Of a DNA stretch of 64,000 nucleotides, positions 1-9,052 are shown piece after piece. Each line of letters opens with the position of its first letter. Within the stretch, counting starts at the first letter, position 1. The notes below the pieces were generated by a model. That model did not search any database. It saw only the letters and a program-made list of their open reading frames with translations, and was not told where the DNA came from. Both the position numbers and the translations under genes were made by a program. Source of the stretch: a virus (lineage: Duplodnaviria; Heunggongvirae; Uroviricota; Caudoviricetes); IMG/VR virus record IMGVR_UViG_3300024999_000035, positions 64,001-128,000 of that record, one strand, 5' to 3'.

Positions 1-106
1 TCATATATTCACACTCTTTTCTAATTATTTCCTTAAAGATGTATACGAATTAGTTTTATAATTTAAGGGTGTCTTGTAAAGTTTTATGAAAATATTTTAT
101 GTATCC

Positions 107-292
107 TCAGTGATATAATTTCTCACTTTTAAATTCCACCATAAGACATGTATCCAAGTCAATAATATCATATTTCTTATTTTTCCCATGTATTACTAAC
201 ATTTCCTTTTGTAATTTCTTTAAAACCTTTAACTTGTCAAAGAAATCTTTATACGGTTCTACAATACAATCTCTCATTGCTAGACTACTCAT
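107..292 (-). CDS. Hypothetical protein
   Basis: 61-aa ORF with AGGAG RBS upstream. Confidence 0.55.
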   Translation of the reverse strand: MSSLAMRDCIVEPYKDFFDKLKVLKKLQKEMLVIHGKNKKYDIIDLDTCLMVEFKSEKLYH

Positions 293-524
293 AATTTATC
301 ATTCTCCTTAAATTTTATTTTTGTATTACTAATTTGTTCACATGATATGCTAATTTTCTAAAATTGTTACATTTTCATTAAATATTAATCAAAATAAAGC
401 ATTTAAAATCGTGTTTTTATCGGGTTGATTAGATTGGTTAGTAAATTGAAGTATGAGCAAGATATATAGAGCATGAGAGAGGTAAAATGAGGTATTTTTA
501 GGAATATTGATTAATTTGATGTGT

Positions 525-1094
525 TTAATCATTAATTATTTCTACTTCACATTCAGTTACACCGAATTCTTTAATCTTACTTCTTGACCACACGTTATCA
601 CCAACAAACAAATCAATCTTTTTATTTTTTATCAAACCTCCTTTATCTAAAGCAGTATAAATATTGTCATACCTCTTATACCTGTCTTCCTTAAATGCGA
701 GCCTTACTTTACTGCCAAGTGGTATAATATGAGGGTCAACAGAAATAATCCTAGCAGAATCAATTGTATGACCTCTTAAGTCATATCCTGATGCGGTTAT
801 TCCATATCCTTTTGAACTTCTTGATTTACCACAACTGTTAAAAGAAAGATCATAAGCACTTACAATAAACAAGTTTTCTTGCTTAGCAATAACTTTTTCT
901 GGTTTAAATTTCGCTATGTATTGTTTTCTCATTTGTTTTAATATTTCACAAACATCACTCCTTACATAATTAATATGTTTAGTATTTCTTATATCTTTAT
1001 TTACAACATGATTTCCATTTGTGCTTCCATAGAGAATAAATGCACTAATCACGCTGACAAACAATATATTATGTTTTAGTGGATTTTTTCTCAT
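525..1094 (-). CDS. Secreted 3D-domain (MltA-like) cell-wall protein
   Basis: N-terminal hydrophobic segment; GITASG...ISVDPHIIPLGSKV...ALDKGGLIKNKKIDLFV 3D motif. Confidence 0.9.
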   Translation of the reverse strand: MRKNPLKHNILFVSVISAFILYGSTNGNHVVNKDIRNTKHINYVRSDVCEILKQMRKQYIAKFKPEKVIAKQENLFIVSAYDLSFNSCGKSRSSKGYGITASGYDLRGHTIDSARIISVDPHIIPLGSKVRLAFKEDRYKRYDNIYTALDKGGLIKNKKIDLFVGDNVWSRSKIKEFGVTECEVEIIND

Positions 1095-1189
1095 TATTTA
1101 ACTCACTTTCTTTTGAATATAATTATTTATTAATCGTACTTTTTATGTATTATTGAGATACTACAATAATACCTCAATATTCAAGCATT

Positions 1190-2047
1190 TTAAGTTTTCT
1201 CCAATTTGTCAATCGCCTCCTGCCAACTTCCAAACTTATCTATAAACACAATAGCCATTGGGAACTTCATATCTTTATTACTAGGAATCCTACCTAATTT
1301 TTCTTGCTTCTTTTTCAATATTTTGGTAAGTTCTTTTTTAGTATACTCGTTTACAATAACTTTCTCAAGGTTATTATAAGTTCCAAAATATTCTTTGATT
1401 AATCCTTCTGGATAAATAGCAAGTATTTCTTTCTTATCTAATACTCTTTCTTTGCTTGCAAATAATTCTTTTAAATTTGATATGACAGATTCCTTAGAAT
1501 GCTTTTCGAAATCAACATCTTTATAGATGTCTTCAATTAAACCTGCTTTCATTAAAGATTTCTCCCATGAACCAAACCTGTTGCTATAAATTGCACTACT
1601 TGGTGTTTTCATATCAACACCTTTTGGAATTCTCTTTAACTCTTTTGCTTTTTCTTGAATAATATAAATCAATTCGTCATCTGAGTACCTTCTATGAACA
1701 AAATCAGCATGTTCGTTAGTTTGATATTGTTTGTTTGCCCATTCCTTTAATTCTGGATATACTTCTCCTAAACAAATATACATACTGGAATCATATATGT
1801 TTTTAAGCATTCCAACTAATTTATATTCCTCAAATACCTCTCTAGTGACTTTTACCTTAATGTCATCAATACTCCAATTTAAAATATCCTTAAAAACATA
1901 TTTTAGAATTTTCTCAGCAGTTTTAGAAGCAGTAACTCCGTCCCAAAATCCACTTGGATATGACCTTAACGAACCTTCCTTTACTAACTGATAAACTTCA
2001 ATATCATCCATCTCAAATGTATCTGTGGATCTTCCTTTAAACACCAT
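1190..2047 (-). CDS. DUF4046-like N-terminus plus homing-endonuclease-associated repeats (putative DNA-binding protein)
   Basis: YPSGFW...ILKYVFKDILNWS motif; two copies of ELxxIxxxKxxxLxRIPxxxDM...xxxFGSWxxA. Confidence 0.65.
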   Translation of the reverse strand: MVFKGRSTDTFEMDDIEVYQLVKEGSLRSYPSGFWDGVTASKTAEKILKYVFKDILNWSIDDIKVKVTREVFEEYKLVGMLKNIYDSSMYICLGEVYPELKEWANKQYQTNEHADFVHRRYSDDELIYIIQEKAKELKRIPKGVDMKTPSSAIYSNRFGSWEKSLMKAGLIEDIYKDVDFEKHSKESVISNLKELFASKERVLDKKEILAIYPEGLIKEYFGTYNNLEKVIVNEYTKKELTKILKKKQEKLGRIPSNKDMKFPMAIVFIDKFGSWQEAIDKLEKT

Positions 2048-2060
2048 GATTTTTACTCCT

Positions 2061-2462
2061 TTACAAATGCTGTTTAACTAGTGTTTTTACAACCGCAAGA
2101 CTATCTATGCAAACTTCTTTACTCTTATCATTCATTACTACATTGTTAATTTTTGTTCCATCCCTTCGTAATAATAGTATCATATTATTGAGTAAAACAC
2201 CAATGTCTTCTGAATTCAGATCAATAACTTCAGGAATTTCTTCTTTTATAATATCATCATTTCTTAAAAAATCATCAATTGTCATACCTAAATACGAACA
2301 AAGATTTATAAGATACGACATATCACTTATTTGTTTGATTTCTTCTTTGTCTTTAATTTCATTTAACCACGCAGGAGGAACGTTTGCTGCCCTAGCAAAA
2401 TCTGCAAAATATTTATGATTTAACCTTTCTTTAAATAAGAAAACTTTTTCTCCAACATTCAT
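2061..2462 (-). CDS. XRE-family HTH transcriptional regulator
   Basis: FADFARAANVPPAWLNEI...LINLCSYLGMTIDDFL HTH pattern. Confidence 0.75.
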   Translation of the reverse strand: MNVGEKVFLFKERLNHKYFADFARAANVPPAWLNEIKDKEEIKQISDMSYLINLCSYLGMTIDDFLRNDDIIKEEIPEVIDLNSEDIGVLLNNMILLLRRDGTKINNVVMNDKSKEVCIDSLAVVKTLVKQHL

Positions 2463-2480
2463 AAAATATCAATTCCCTTC

Positions 2481-2882
2481 TTATTGCCATTTTCCGTCAA
2501 TATATCGACTACCTTCCATTTGTCTAGATAATTTACTAAATACTACTGTTTTGGTTTTTGTGGTAAAAATTAAAACATCTAAGTCAGTCCACGCAGTAGC
2601 ATCTTTTTCAATAGGATTAAGAACCCATTCCTCACTGTTAGACATTATATCAGGTAAATAATTAATTCCTCTGTTAATCTTCTTTAGCAAGCGAAAATAA
2701 GTTTTCTTTAATAGAGATTCCAAAACATTTTCGCTCTCTACATAAATCAATTCCATCAAAACTTCCATTTTCATTTCAATGGAATACAAATCCTTAGACG
2801 CATAACCCAATTTATTCATTTCGTTCTTAAAAGAGAGAAGCAAATTATATCTTTTCCACATTTCTAACAATGTATTTTGCAT
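2481..2882 (-). CDS. Hypothetical protein in repressor operon
   Basis: 133-aa ORF tightly packed between SroF-like and XRE genes. Confidence 0.7.
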   Translation of the reverse strand: MQNTLLEMWKRYNLLLSFKNEMNKLGYASKDLYSIEMKMEVLMELIYVESENVLESLLKKTYFRLLKKINRGINYLPDIMSNSEEWVLNPIEKDATAWTDLDVLIFTTKTKTVVFSKLSRQMEGSRYIDGKWQ

Positions 2883-2887
2883 AATAG

Positions 2888-3934
2888 TTACCTCTCGTCA
2901 TTCAAATAAGAATTGATCAATTCTCGTGTTTTGAAGAGATATTTCTCTCCATCTGTTCCAAACTCGAATCTCTCATTGATTGAAATGTAATCGTCTCTGG
3001 TTAATTTATCTTTTTCGCCTTTTTCTTCCTTCAATTTTTTAGCATATTCAATAATAGCAGAAAAATATAGGTTGCTAATGCTAATATATGGTTTTCCTAA
3101 CCATTTTTGAATTCGTTGTATTCTACTAGCAAAGAATTGATAATCTACTTTCCCATCTTTGTTCTTTCCTGGAGTTCTAAAAACATATTCAGTTTTATTG
3201 ATTATTCTTCCCCTATCCGTACTTTCATATACTCCATCATCATTAGGTTTTGTCTTTAATCCATTGTTAGCAACATAGAAATCTTGATCAATAACCTTTT
3301 TTAGTAAATCTAACGTGTAATCATCTACATCCATCCATCTAAATTCACCATTGTTTTTAGTAAGATATAATCTCTTTTCTTTCCAACCGATATCTTTAAC
3401 TTTTAGATTAACTAGTTCCTCAAGAGTATTTCCTTTTTCAGTACGACCCCTGACCCCTAGATTTGGCAATTCAATAATTGCTCTGTCCTGATAATTTACT
3501 AATTTAGATTGAAACTCTCTACATTCTGATAGAGGAATATAGGAATTTTCTTTTGCTTGAATATTGATATACGATTTATAGTTACTAGTAATAATGGCAC
3601 TGAATCTATTCTCATTGTGTCTCACTAAATTCTTAGGGGATATACAAAAGTCAACATAAGTTTTTAATGGAGATAAAACAGTTTGAAATGCGAACTTGTT
3701 TTTGTTTTTATACTGAACAATTAACAATTCATCTCTTTCTTCTGTATTAAAGTTATAAATTGGTTTTCCTAATTTAACTTCGAAATCATCAGCTAATTGC
3801 AAAATATAACGATAATAACTTCTAGTTGATTTTAGTTGCTTTTCTAAAAATTCTTCCTTAACTTCTGGATCTACTTCGAATACTAATTTTTCTTCAGTTT
3901 GTGATTCGTTATTAATAATTTCAATTTTAGTCAT
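2888..3934 (-). CDS. Integrase-fold lysogeny repressor, SPbeta MrpR/YopR (SroF)-like
   Basis: Tyr-recombinase-like core (DRAIIELPNLGVRG...ELVNLKVKDI) but H-x-x-R replaced by SNLYFS; similar in size to YopR; directly downstream of a YopQ-like gene as in SPbeta. Confidence 0.75.
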   Translation of the reverse strand: MTKIEIINNESQTEEKLVFEVDPEVKEEFLEKQLKSTRSYYRYILQLADDFEVKLGKPIYNFNTEERDELLIVQYKNKNKFAFQTVLSPLKTYVDFCISPKNLVRHNENRFSAIITSNYKSYINIQAKENSYIPLSECREFQSKLVNYQDRAIIELPNLGVRGRTEKGNTLEELVNLKVKDIGWKEKRLYLTKNNGEFRWMDVDDYTLDLLKKVIDQDFYVANNGLKTKPNDDGVYESTDRGRIINKTEYVFRTPGKNKDGKVDYQFFASRIQRIQKWLGKPYISISNLYFSAIIEYAKKLKEEKGEKDKLTRDDYISINERFEFGTDGEKYLFKTRELINSYLNDER

Positions 3935-3949
3935 TTTAAAGCATCTCCT

Positions 3950-5335
3950 TTAAATTAATTTTTGAAAGAACTTATATAGATTTGTGCGCGTTGATTTTTT
4001 CATATCTGATTCTTTACTTAATTTAATATCATCCCAGAATGAATTTTCCATACTGAAATCTATTTTATCTAAAATCTCCTCAAGTATATCATCCCACTTT
4101 TTAACACCATATAAACGTTCAGATAATGCAATATATCCTGCAAACATATTTTTATGGTTGATATAACTTACCTTCTGAGTTGCTTCAGGATGCTCCATAA
4201 ACGCCTCAACATTCAACCCAATGATATAATCCATAACATTAGCAATATGGTTTGCAATGGGTTTTGTTTGAAGTTTGTTGGTTAATTTATCTCCGTAACA
4301 CTCTTCAATAGCTATAGCCAATGTTGACTTCTTTGCCATACCAAAATGTTCAAGTTCAAAATGTCCAATTTCTTTATCATTGTCCTTTATTTGATCTGCA
4401 AATTCAGAAGTATCAATATCTTTAATTGCATCTACGACTACATTGCCAAGACTAGCAGTATCCATATTCTTAATATGCTCTTGCTTCATTTTTTGTTGCT
4501 TATTGATTTCAACCATATATTTTTGTGCCCTAATTTCACTGTAATTTATTACAACTAATAGCCAATTAAATTGTATGTCAGGGTTAATTGCGTAGGCCAA
4601 GGAGTTTCCGACCTTCCGGTGCATACCGTCCACAAGGTTTTTAGTTCCTGATATAATAGACAGATCACCAGATTTTTCATCATAATATATTTCATCTGTA
4701 CCATCTTTAAGAACATTTACTACTATAGTAGTTGGGAATTGATCTCCCGAAAGAACACCATCTCTAATTTCTTTTGCATTGGTTTTGTTTAAATGTATTC
4801 GTTTCATTCCATATACATCAATAAGTGGGTCACGTTGTGTCTTAAAATTATAGATAAATTCATTCCCTGCATCTAATTCAGCGAATTGTTTTCCAGACAT
4901 ATATCCAGAATAAAATCCAGGAGCAATTCTGTTCATTTTAGGGAAAACAATAACTTCGTCTTTTTTGTCTACTTTCTTTTCAAATTTATAATCATTTAAG
5001 TTCTCAATCTCAATTTCATTAAAATAATTTTTGGGATCAATTCTTAATATCTCTTCAATTTCCCCCAATGATTCTTTATCTTCTGACTCTTTATGTGTCA
5101 ATGCATTATAAATACTCATAGTAAAGATAAATAATATTATTACATCTTTACTTTCATCGATATCCAAGGTAGATAATTCTCTGTTTTCATTTAGAATACC
5201 GATTGCTAAACTACCCTTCATATTTCTCTTATCAAATTCTTCTACAATTATTTTCCTAACCTTGTCATTACTTGAATACTTCTTGATTAACACATTTAAT
5301 TCTTGAATTAACTCTACTGATTTTTCTTTTAACAT
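3950..5335 (-). CDS. DGQHR/DndB-like ParB-fold protein, SPbeta YopQ (SroE)-like
   Basis: FPTTIVVN...LVDGMHR...INKQ motif; about 460 aa; ATG at 5335 follows GAAGGAG RBS (the track start at 5344 overlaps the RBS). Confidence 0.75.
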   Translation of the reverse strand: MLKEKSVELIQELNVLIKKYSSNDKVRKIIVEEFDKRNMKGSLAIGILNENRELSTLDIDESKDVIILFIFTMSIYNALTHKESEDKESLGEIEEILRIDPKNYFNEIEIENLNDYKFEKKVDKKDEVIVFPKMNRIAPGFYSGYMSGKQFAELDAGNEFIYNFKTQRDPLIDVYGMKRIHLNKTNAKEIRDGVLSGDQFPTTIVVNVLKDGTDEIYYDEKSGDLSIISGTKNLVDGMHRKVGNSLAYAINPDIQFNWLLVVINYSEIRAQKYMVEINKQQKMKQEHIKNMDTASLGNVVVDAIKDIDTSEFADQIKDNDKEIGHFELEHFGMAKKSTLAIAIEECYGDKLTNKLQTKPIANHIANVMDYIIGLNVEAFMEHPEATQKVSYINHKNMFAGYIALSERLYGVKKWDDILEEILDKIDFSMENSFWDDIKLSKESDMKKSTRTNLYKFFQKLI

Positions 5336-5388
5336 AAATATCACTCCTTCACATTATCGTCACAATATCTTAACATTTATATAATATA

Positions 5389-5418
5389 ATAATACCATGA
5401 CCTCCCTAATAATGTCAA
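5389..5418 (-). promoter_or_regulatory. sigmaA promoter of the sroE/sroF-like operon
   Basis: TTGACA-18-TATTAT with extended TG. Confidence 0.75.
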
Positions 5419-5440
5419 GGAATAATACTTATTTTTATAA

Positions 5441-5477
5441 ACAAACTGCTCAGTGGCGGGGATTCAGAGCAGTTTGT
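5441..5477. terminator. Hairpin/probable terminator upstream of the repressor promoter
   Basis: Perfect 11-bp IR ACAAACTGCTC / GAGCAGTTTGT; weak U-tail. Confidence 0.55.
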
Positions 5478-5498
5478 CATGCTTCAAATGTTAAATTA

Positions 5499-5897
5499 TT
5501 AGATTACACCAGAAGAAACAAAATTTTGTGAGCATGGACACATTCTAGTTTTTACCGTTCCACAATGATTTAATAATAATTCTTTCTCATATACAACCAA
5601 ATTATCACCTTGGAATACTATATGTTCATCAATAATTTTTTCTAAATTAAGACATTCTATATGAAAAGTAAAATTAAATTCTGCATCAACTTTCTTTTTA
5701 TTTAAGAAAACTAAAGCTTTCTCAGCATGTTCTTTGGTCGTGTATCCCCTTGCTTCTTGGGAGAATGTCTTAAATGCTATGTATTGCCATTTTTTATTAC
5801 TCGATTTGCCTATGCTTGATCTATTAGAAAAATTACCATTTTGATCCTTAATAACCCAAATTGATTGTTCATTTTCTTCTTTTTTACAATTTTCCAT
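5499..5897 (-). CDS. Hypothetical protein
   Basis: 132-aa ORF with AAGGAG RBS. Confidence 0.7.
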   Translation of the reverse strand: MENCKKEENEQSIWVIKDQNGNFSNRSSIGKSSNKKWQYIAFKTFSQEARGYTTKEHAEKALVFLNKKKVDAEFNFTFHIECLNLEKIIDEHIVFQGDNLVVYEKELLLNHCGTVKTRMCPCSQNFVSSGVI

Positions 5898-5977
5898 ATA
5901 TTCACTTCTCCTTTAATTTTATTTTATGGAAATTACTACAAATTGTATTTTGATTCTCTTAATACCTCCTTGTTAAT

Positions 5978-6006
5978 ATTATATCATGGGAGAAATTACT
6001 GTTCAA
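5978..6006 (-). promoter_or_regulatory. sigmaA promoter
   Basis: TTGAAC-17-TATAAT with extended TG. Confidence 0.65.
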
Positions 6007-6103
6007 CAACTATCATAACAAAAATAGTACATATGTTCGACATTTTATTCTAAATTGTTCGTCTGTCTTGATTAATTGTCTAAGATACCACATTACCATT
6101 ATA

Positions 6104-6916
6104 TTAATAACCATTAATTCCATTTGAATTAATCATATTCTCATATACTTGCAATTTAATCTGTTCTTTGCACAATAGATTGTTAACAAACATCAGCAAT
6201 AAAGTTATGAAAATTATTGGAATACAAATTATCCCAATGATAATATACAATTTTTCTACAAATTGTATGTAAATTAAAATATTGTTTCTTTCTATTAATT
6301 TTACAACATAAGAAACTAAAGAAATTCTAACCAATACTATTAAAAGTAAACTATATATAAAGAATTTGTTTTTAACTATGGAATTGAATAAATCAATATG
6401 AACTGTACTATTCCTTCTAATTATGACAAATGAAATGACACATAAATATAATACTCTCGCAGGAAGACCTAATAGAAAATTATAGCATACATTAGCATTA
6501 AAGAATGATATTGGTCTATCTAACAATGAGGCAATTAAGGGACAATATGAGTATTCTACTATTCCTACAATAACAAAACCTGAGATAGTGAATATTGCTG
6601 TTTTAATGATTAATAAGATATTAATGTCGTAACTGTTGTTTATAACTATAAATTCCATGAGTAAAATCATAATAATCATAGTTGAAATCATCATATTTTG
6701 CTGGGGTACAATTATTATGTATTTTAGGATATTTATCATTATGGATACAGGAAGTACAGCTAATGTAATCCATTTTAGGCTTTTATTCCACATGTAAATG
6801 TCTAGGAGATTATTTAGTTTTAGGAATATTAGAGTTATTATTGCTATGAATGCTTCTTCTGGAATTGATGTGAATATTATGTTTAGGAGGATGTGGGGTA
6901 GGGATAGTGTTTGCAT
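6104..6916 (-). CDS. Polytopic membrane protein resembling an AgrC sensor domain without kinase (copy 2)
   Basis: About 7 hydrophobic segments over the whole 270 aa; IPE motif shared with 8148-8963; no H-box or HATPase; agr context. Confidence 0.6.
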   Translation of the reverse strand: MQTLSLPHILLNIIFTSIPEEAFIAIITLIFLKLNNLLDIYMWNKSLKWITLAVLPVSIMINILKYIIIVPQQNMMISTMIIMILLMEFIVINNSYDINILLIIKTAIFTISGFVIVGIVEYSYCPLIASLLDRPISFFNANVCYNFLLGLPARVLYLCVISFVIIRRNSTVHIDLFNSIVKNKFFIYSLLLIVLVRISLVSYVVKLIERNNILIYIQFVEKLYIIIGIICIPIIFITLLLMFVNNLLCKEQIKLQVYENMINSNGINGY

Positions 6917-6956
6917 ATTATTTTCTCTTCTTTCTTTCTAATATTATTTGTTGTAT

Positions 6957-7022
6957 ATAGATGGTCATTATAATAAGAATGATAAAGATTAGTTAATAAT
7001 ATATGATATAATGACCATCTAT
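6957..7022. promoter_or_regulatory. 16-bp perfect inverted repeat overlapping a TATAAT box upstream of sensor copy 2
   Basis: ATAGATGGTCATTATA (6957-6972) / TATAATGACCATCTAT (7007-7022), 34-nt spacer. Confidence 0.7.
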
Positions 7023-7043
7023 TTTATTTTCATAATAATTATA

Positions 7044-7835
7044 TTACTTTCCAGTTTGTAGTATTAATCCACGATTACTACTTTGAAGGTGACGGATACG
7101 ACTTTCCTCTTCTTTATTTACATATTCATTGAGTTTATCTAAAAATCTGCTTACAGTAGATTCTTTAGCTTTAGTGTGTACCATACCAGCCTGTTTCATA
7201 ATGCCAATCGACACTTGCCTCATTATCTCGTCATTTGCCTCTCCTAAGAATCTTATGTGGCCATCTATAAGCAAATCTCTTTTTGTAATCACTCTCATTT
7301 GCTCTATGAGAAGTTCTGATTCTCTTTCTAATCCACTCTCTCTACCTATTCTTATATGCATGGGCATAGCCTTACCGAGTTTAGAAGATATTGGAATTGC
7401 CCAAGTTATTGTAGCCATGTTATTTCCTATGTTGTTCTGGGCAATACAGGCGGGTCTTATACCCCCTTGGATAGAATCTACAAAGTTACCAAAGTTTACC
7501 ATATATAGACCGCCCCAAAATGGTTTTATGTCTTTTAAATTGATATCTCCATCATTTATATCATAACCACAGGCGATCCTTAATTGATCAAAAGATACTC
7601 TTAATTCTGATCCATTAGCAATTTTTTGAAGAAGCCAAAGTTCTGGATATGTAGTTATTTTTGCATTAAAGATATTAACAATGTCTTTAATAGAATTGGG
7701 GATACCATTTTTTCCTGCAAATTCTGAAATGGTGTTATTACCAACAGCTATTTTTACTAAATTTGCGAGTTTCTTAAAATCCTTTACCTCATTTGATTTG
7801 ACTACCTCGATATTCTTTTTTGTATTGAAAAACAT
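7044..7835 (-). CDS. XRE-like HTH fused to a PemK/MazF endoribonuclease domain
   Basis: N-terminal TISEFAGKNG...PELWLLQKIA HTH; C-terminal GGLYMVNF...QGGIRPACIAQNN...AIPISS...EQMRVITK PemK motifs. Confidence 0.8.
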   Translation of the reverse strand: MFFNTKKNIEVVKSNEVKDFKKLANLVKIAVGNNTISEFAGKNGIPNSIKDIVNIFNAKITTYPELWLLQKIANGSELRVSFDQLRIACGYDINDGDINLKDIKPFWGGLYMVNFGNFVDSIQGGIRPACIAQNNIGNNMATITWAIPISSKLGKAMPMHIRIGRESGLERESELLIEQMRVITKRDLLIDGHIRFLGEANDEIMRQVSIGIMKQAGMVHTKAKESTVSRFLDKLNEYVNKEEESRIRHLQSSNRGLILQTGK

Positions 7836-7900
7836 ATTAATTCATCCACCTTTCTTAATTGAGTAAATATAAATTTTTTAAATGTTTACTTTATATTACT

Positions 7901-7929
7901 ATAATACATTACGGTGGTGAATATGTCAA
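7901..7929 (-). promoter_or_regulatory. sigmaA promoter of the HTH-MazF gene
   Basis: TTGACA-17-TATTAT. Confidence 0.75.
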
Positions 7930-7954
7930 TAGTAATTTAAAATTATTTTACAAT

Positions 7955-7985
7955 TCAAAAGGAGAGAGTATAAAACTCCCTCCTT
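7955..7985 (-). terminator. Intrinsic terminator after agrD
   Basis: AAGGAGGGAGT-tttat-ACTCTCTCCTT, 11-bp stem with one G.U pair, followed by U residues. Confidence 0.7.
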
Positions 7986-8002
7986 GGATTATGGGGTATG
8001 TA

Positions 8003-8122
8003 CTACGCGATACATTTAGGGGTTTTTGGTTGATGCCACACTGCAAAACAAGGCATTGTAGCTGCATGCACAGCAATAGAAGCAATAATTACCAAACCAC
8101 TTGCTAACATTTTATTTTTCAT
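8003..8122 (-). CDS. agrD: AgrD cyclic autoinducer propeptide MKNKMLASGLVIIASIAVHAATMPCFAVWHQPKTPKCIA (missed by the ORF track)
   Basis: Hand translation, 39 aa; GGGAGGTGA RBS at 8128-8136; hydrophobic leader, C-x4 ring CFAVW, HQPKTPK tail typical of clostridial AgrD; agrB nearby. Confidence 0.92.
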   Translation of the reverse strand: MKNKMLASGLVIIASIAVHAATMPCFAVWHQPKTPKCIA

Positions 8123-8147
8123 ATTTTTCACCTCCCTTGCTTTATAA

Positions 8148-8963
8148 TTATTTGTTAAACAGACAATCATCTTCGCTAGAAGGTAGATTATAAGCCTGTT
8201 TTACACTATTTAAAAGAGAAACGCAATGATTTATTATTAAATACAATCCAGTTATTACAATAGAAGGTATTAAATAAGTTGTACATATTATAAATACTAT
8301 CTGTCCAATTAATGTATTCATAATATTTAAAAGATTATTAAAAAGAATTAATTTTAGTATACATATTTCAAATATTAATAATGATATCATAGTAATTACA
8401 ACAAATCTTTTGAAGAAAATATTTACGCATATATATTCTAATATATTAATTTGAATTTTTATTTGTTTATATGTAATTATAAATATAATAATTACAAATT
8501 CTATAATTTTTGATGGGACTGAACAAATTAAAACTAAATAAATATTTTTAGATATTTCTTGATAATTTAAATTAAAAATGTAAAACCAAACTGGAGCAGT
8601 TAATAAATCAATTGCCATTAAACTTAAATACAATGGAATAAACCTTATTAATAATTTTACTTTTAGATAATTAACTTCTTCAATTTTTGTCTTTTCAAAT
8701 ACGTAAATTGATAAAAAAAATAACAATATTAAATTAATCAAAGATGCAACATTTTGTTGAATCGCAAATCCATAAAGAAGTATACTAATTATTAAAGAAG
8801 GTGGGATAATTAAAATTAAATACCATTTTATATTCTCTTTAAATCTATAAATGTCCAAGAATTCGTTTTTTTTCATAAATTTAATTAATAATATTACCAT
8901 AAATATCACTTCAGGAATCGCTATAAGAAAAAAGTTTATAAATATTTTTACTAAATTATCCAT
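8148..8963 (-). CDS. Polytopic membrane protein resembling an AgrC sensor domain without kinase (copy 1)
   Basis: 271 aa, hydrophobic throughout; co-transcribed with agrD; no kinase domain. Confidence 0.6.
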   Translation of the reverse strand: MDNLVKIFINFFLIAIPEVIFMVILLIKFMKKNEFLDIYRFKENIKWYLILIIPPSLIISILLYGFAIQQNVASLINLILLFFLSIYVFEKTKIEEVNYLKVKLLIRFIPLYLSLMAIDLLTAPVWFYIFNLNYQEISKNIYLVLICSVPSKIIEFVIIIFIITYKQIKIQINILEYICVNIFFKRFVVITMISLLIFEICILKLILFNNLLNIMNTLIGQIVFIICTTYLIPSIVITGLYLIINHCVSLLNSVKQAYNLPSSEDDCLFNK

Positions 8964-8995
8964 ATGTATTTCCTCCTTAATATTCTAATATATTA

Positions 8996-9024
8996 AGTAT
9001 AATACATATACAATGAGTTGTCAA
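8996..9024 (-). promoter_or_regulatory. sigmaA promoter of the sensor-1/agrD unit
   Basis: TTGACA-17-TATACT. Confidence 0.8.
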
Positions 9025-9052
9025 GTATTATTTTATTTTTATATTCGGTGAA

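Noticed and set aside
2888-3934. Prophage integrase with nearby att site
   Set aside because: The H-x-x-R catalytic motif is absent, the context fits a MrpR/SroF repressor, and no att-like junction with host genes is visible.
3950-5335. Dnd phosphorothioation system
   Set aside because: Only a DGQHR-type protein is present; there is no dndACDE, and synteny fits YopQ/SroE.
5964-5970. Small ORF or second agrD after the AGGAGGT at 5964-5970
   Set aside because: No start codon at usable spacing and no Cys-ring peptide in any frame I read.
6036-6042. Spo0A box TGTCGAA (also at 60740-60746)
   Set aside because: Single 7-mers can occur by chance, and the second lies in an RBS-ATG spacer; insufficient support.
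7859-8107. Plus-strand 82-aa ORF
   Set aside because: It is the antisense shadow of agrD and its terminator/promoter; no RBS.
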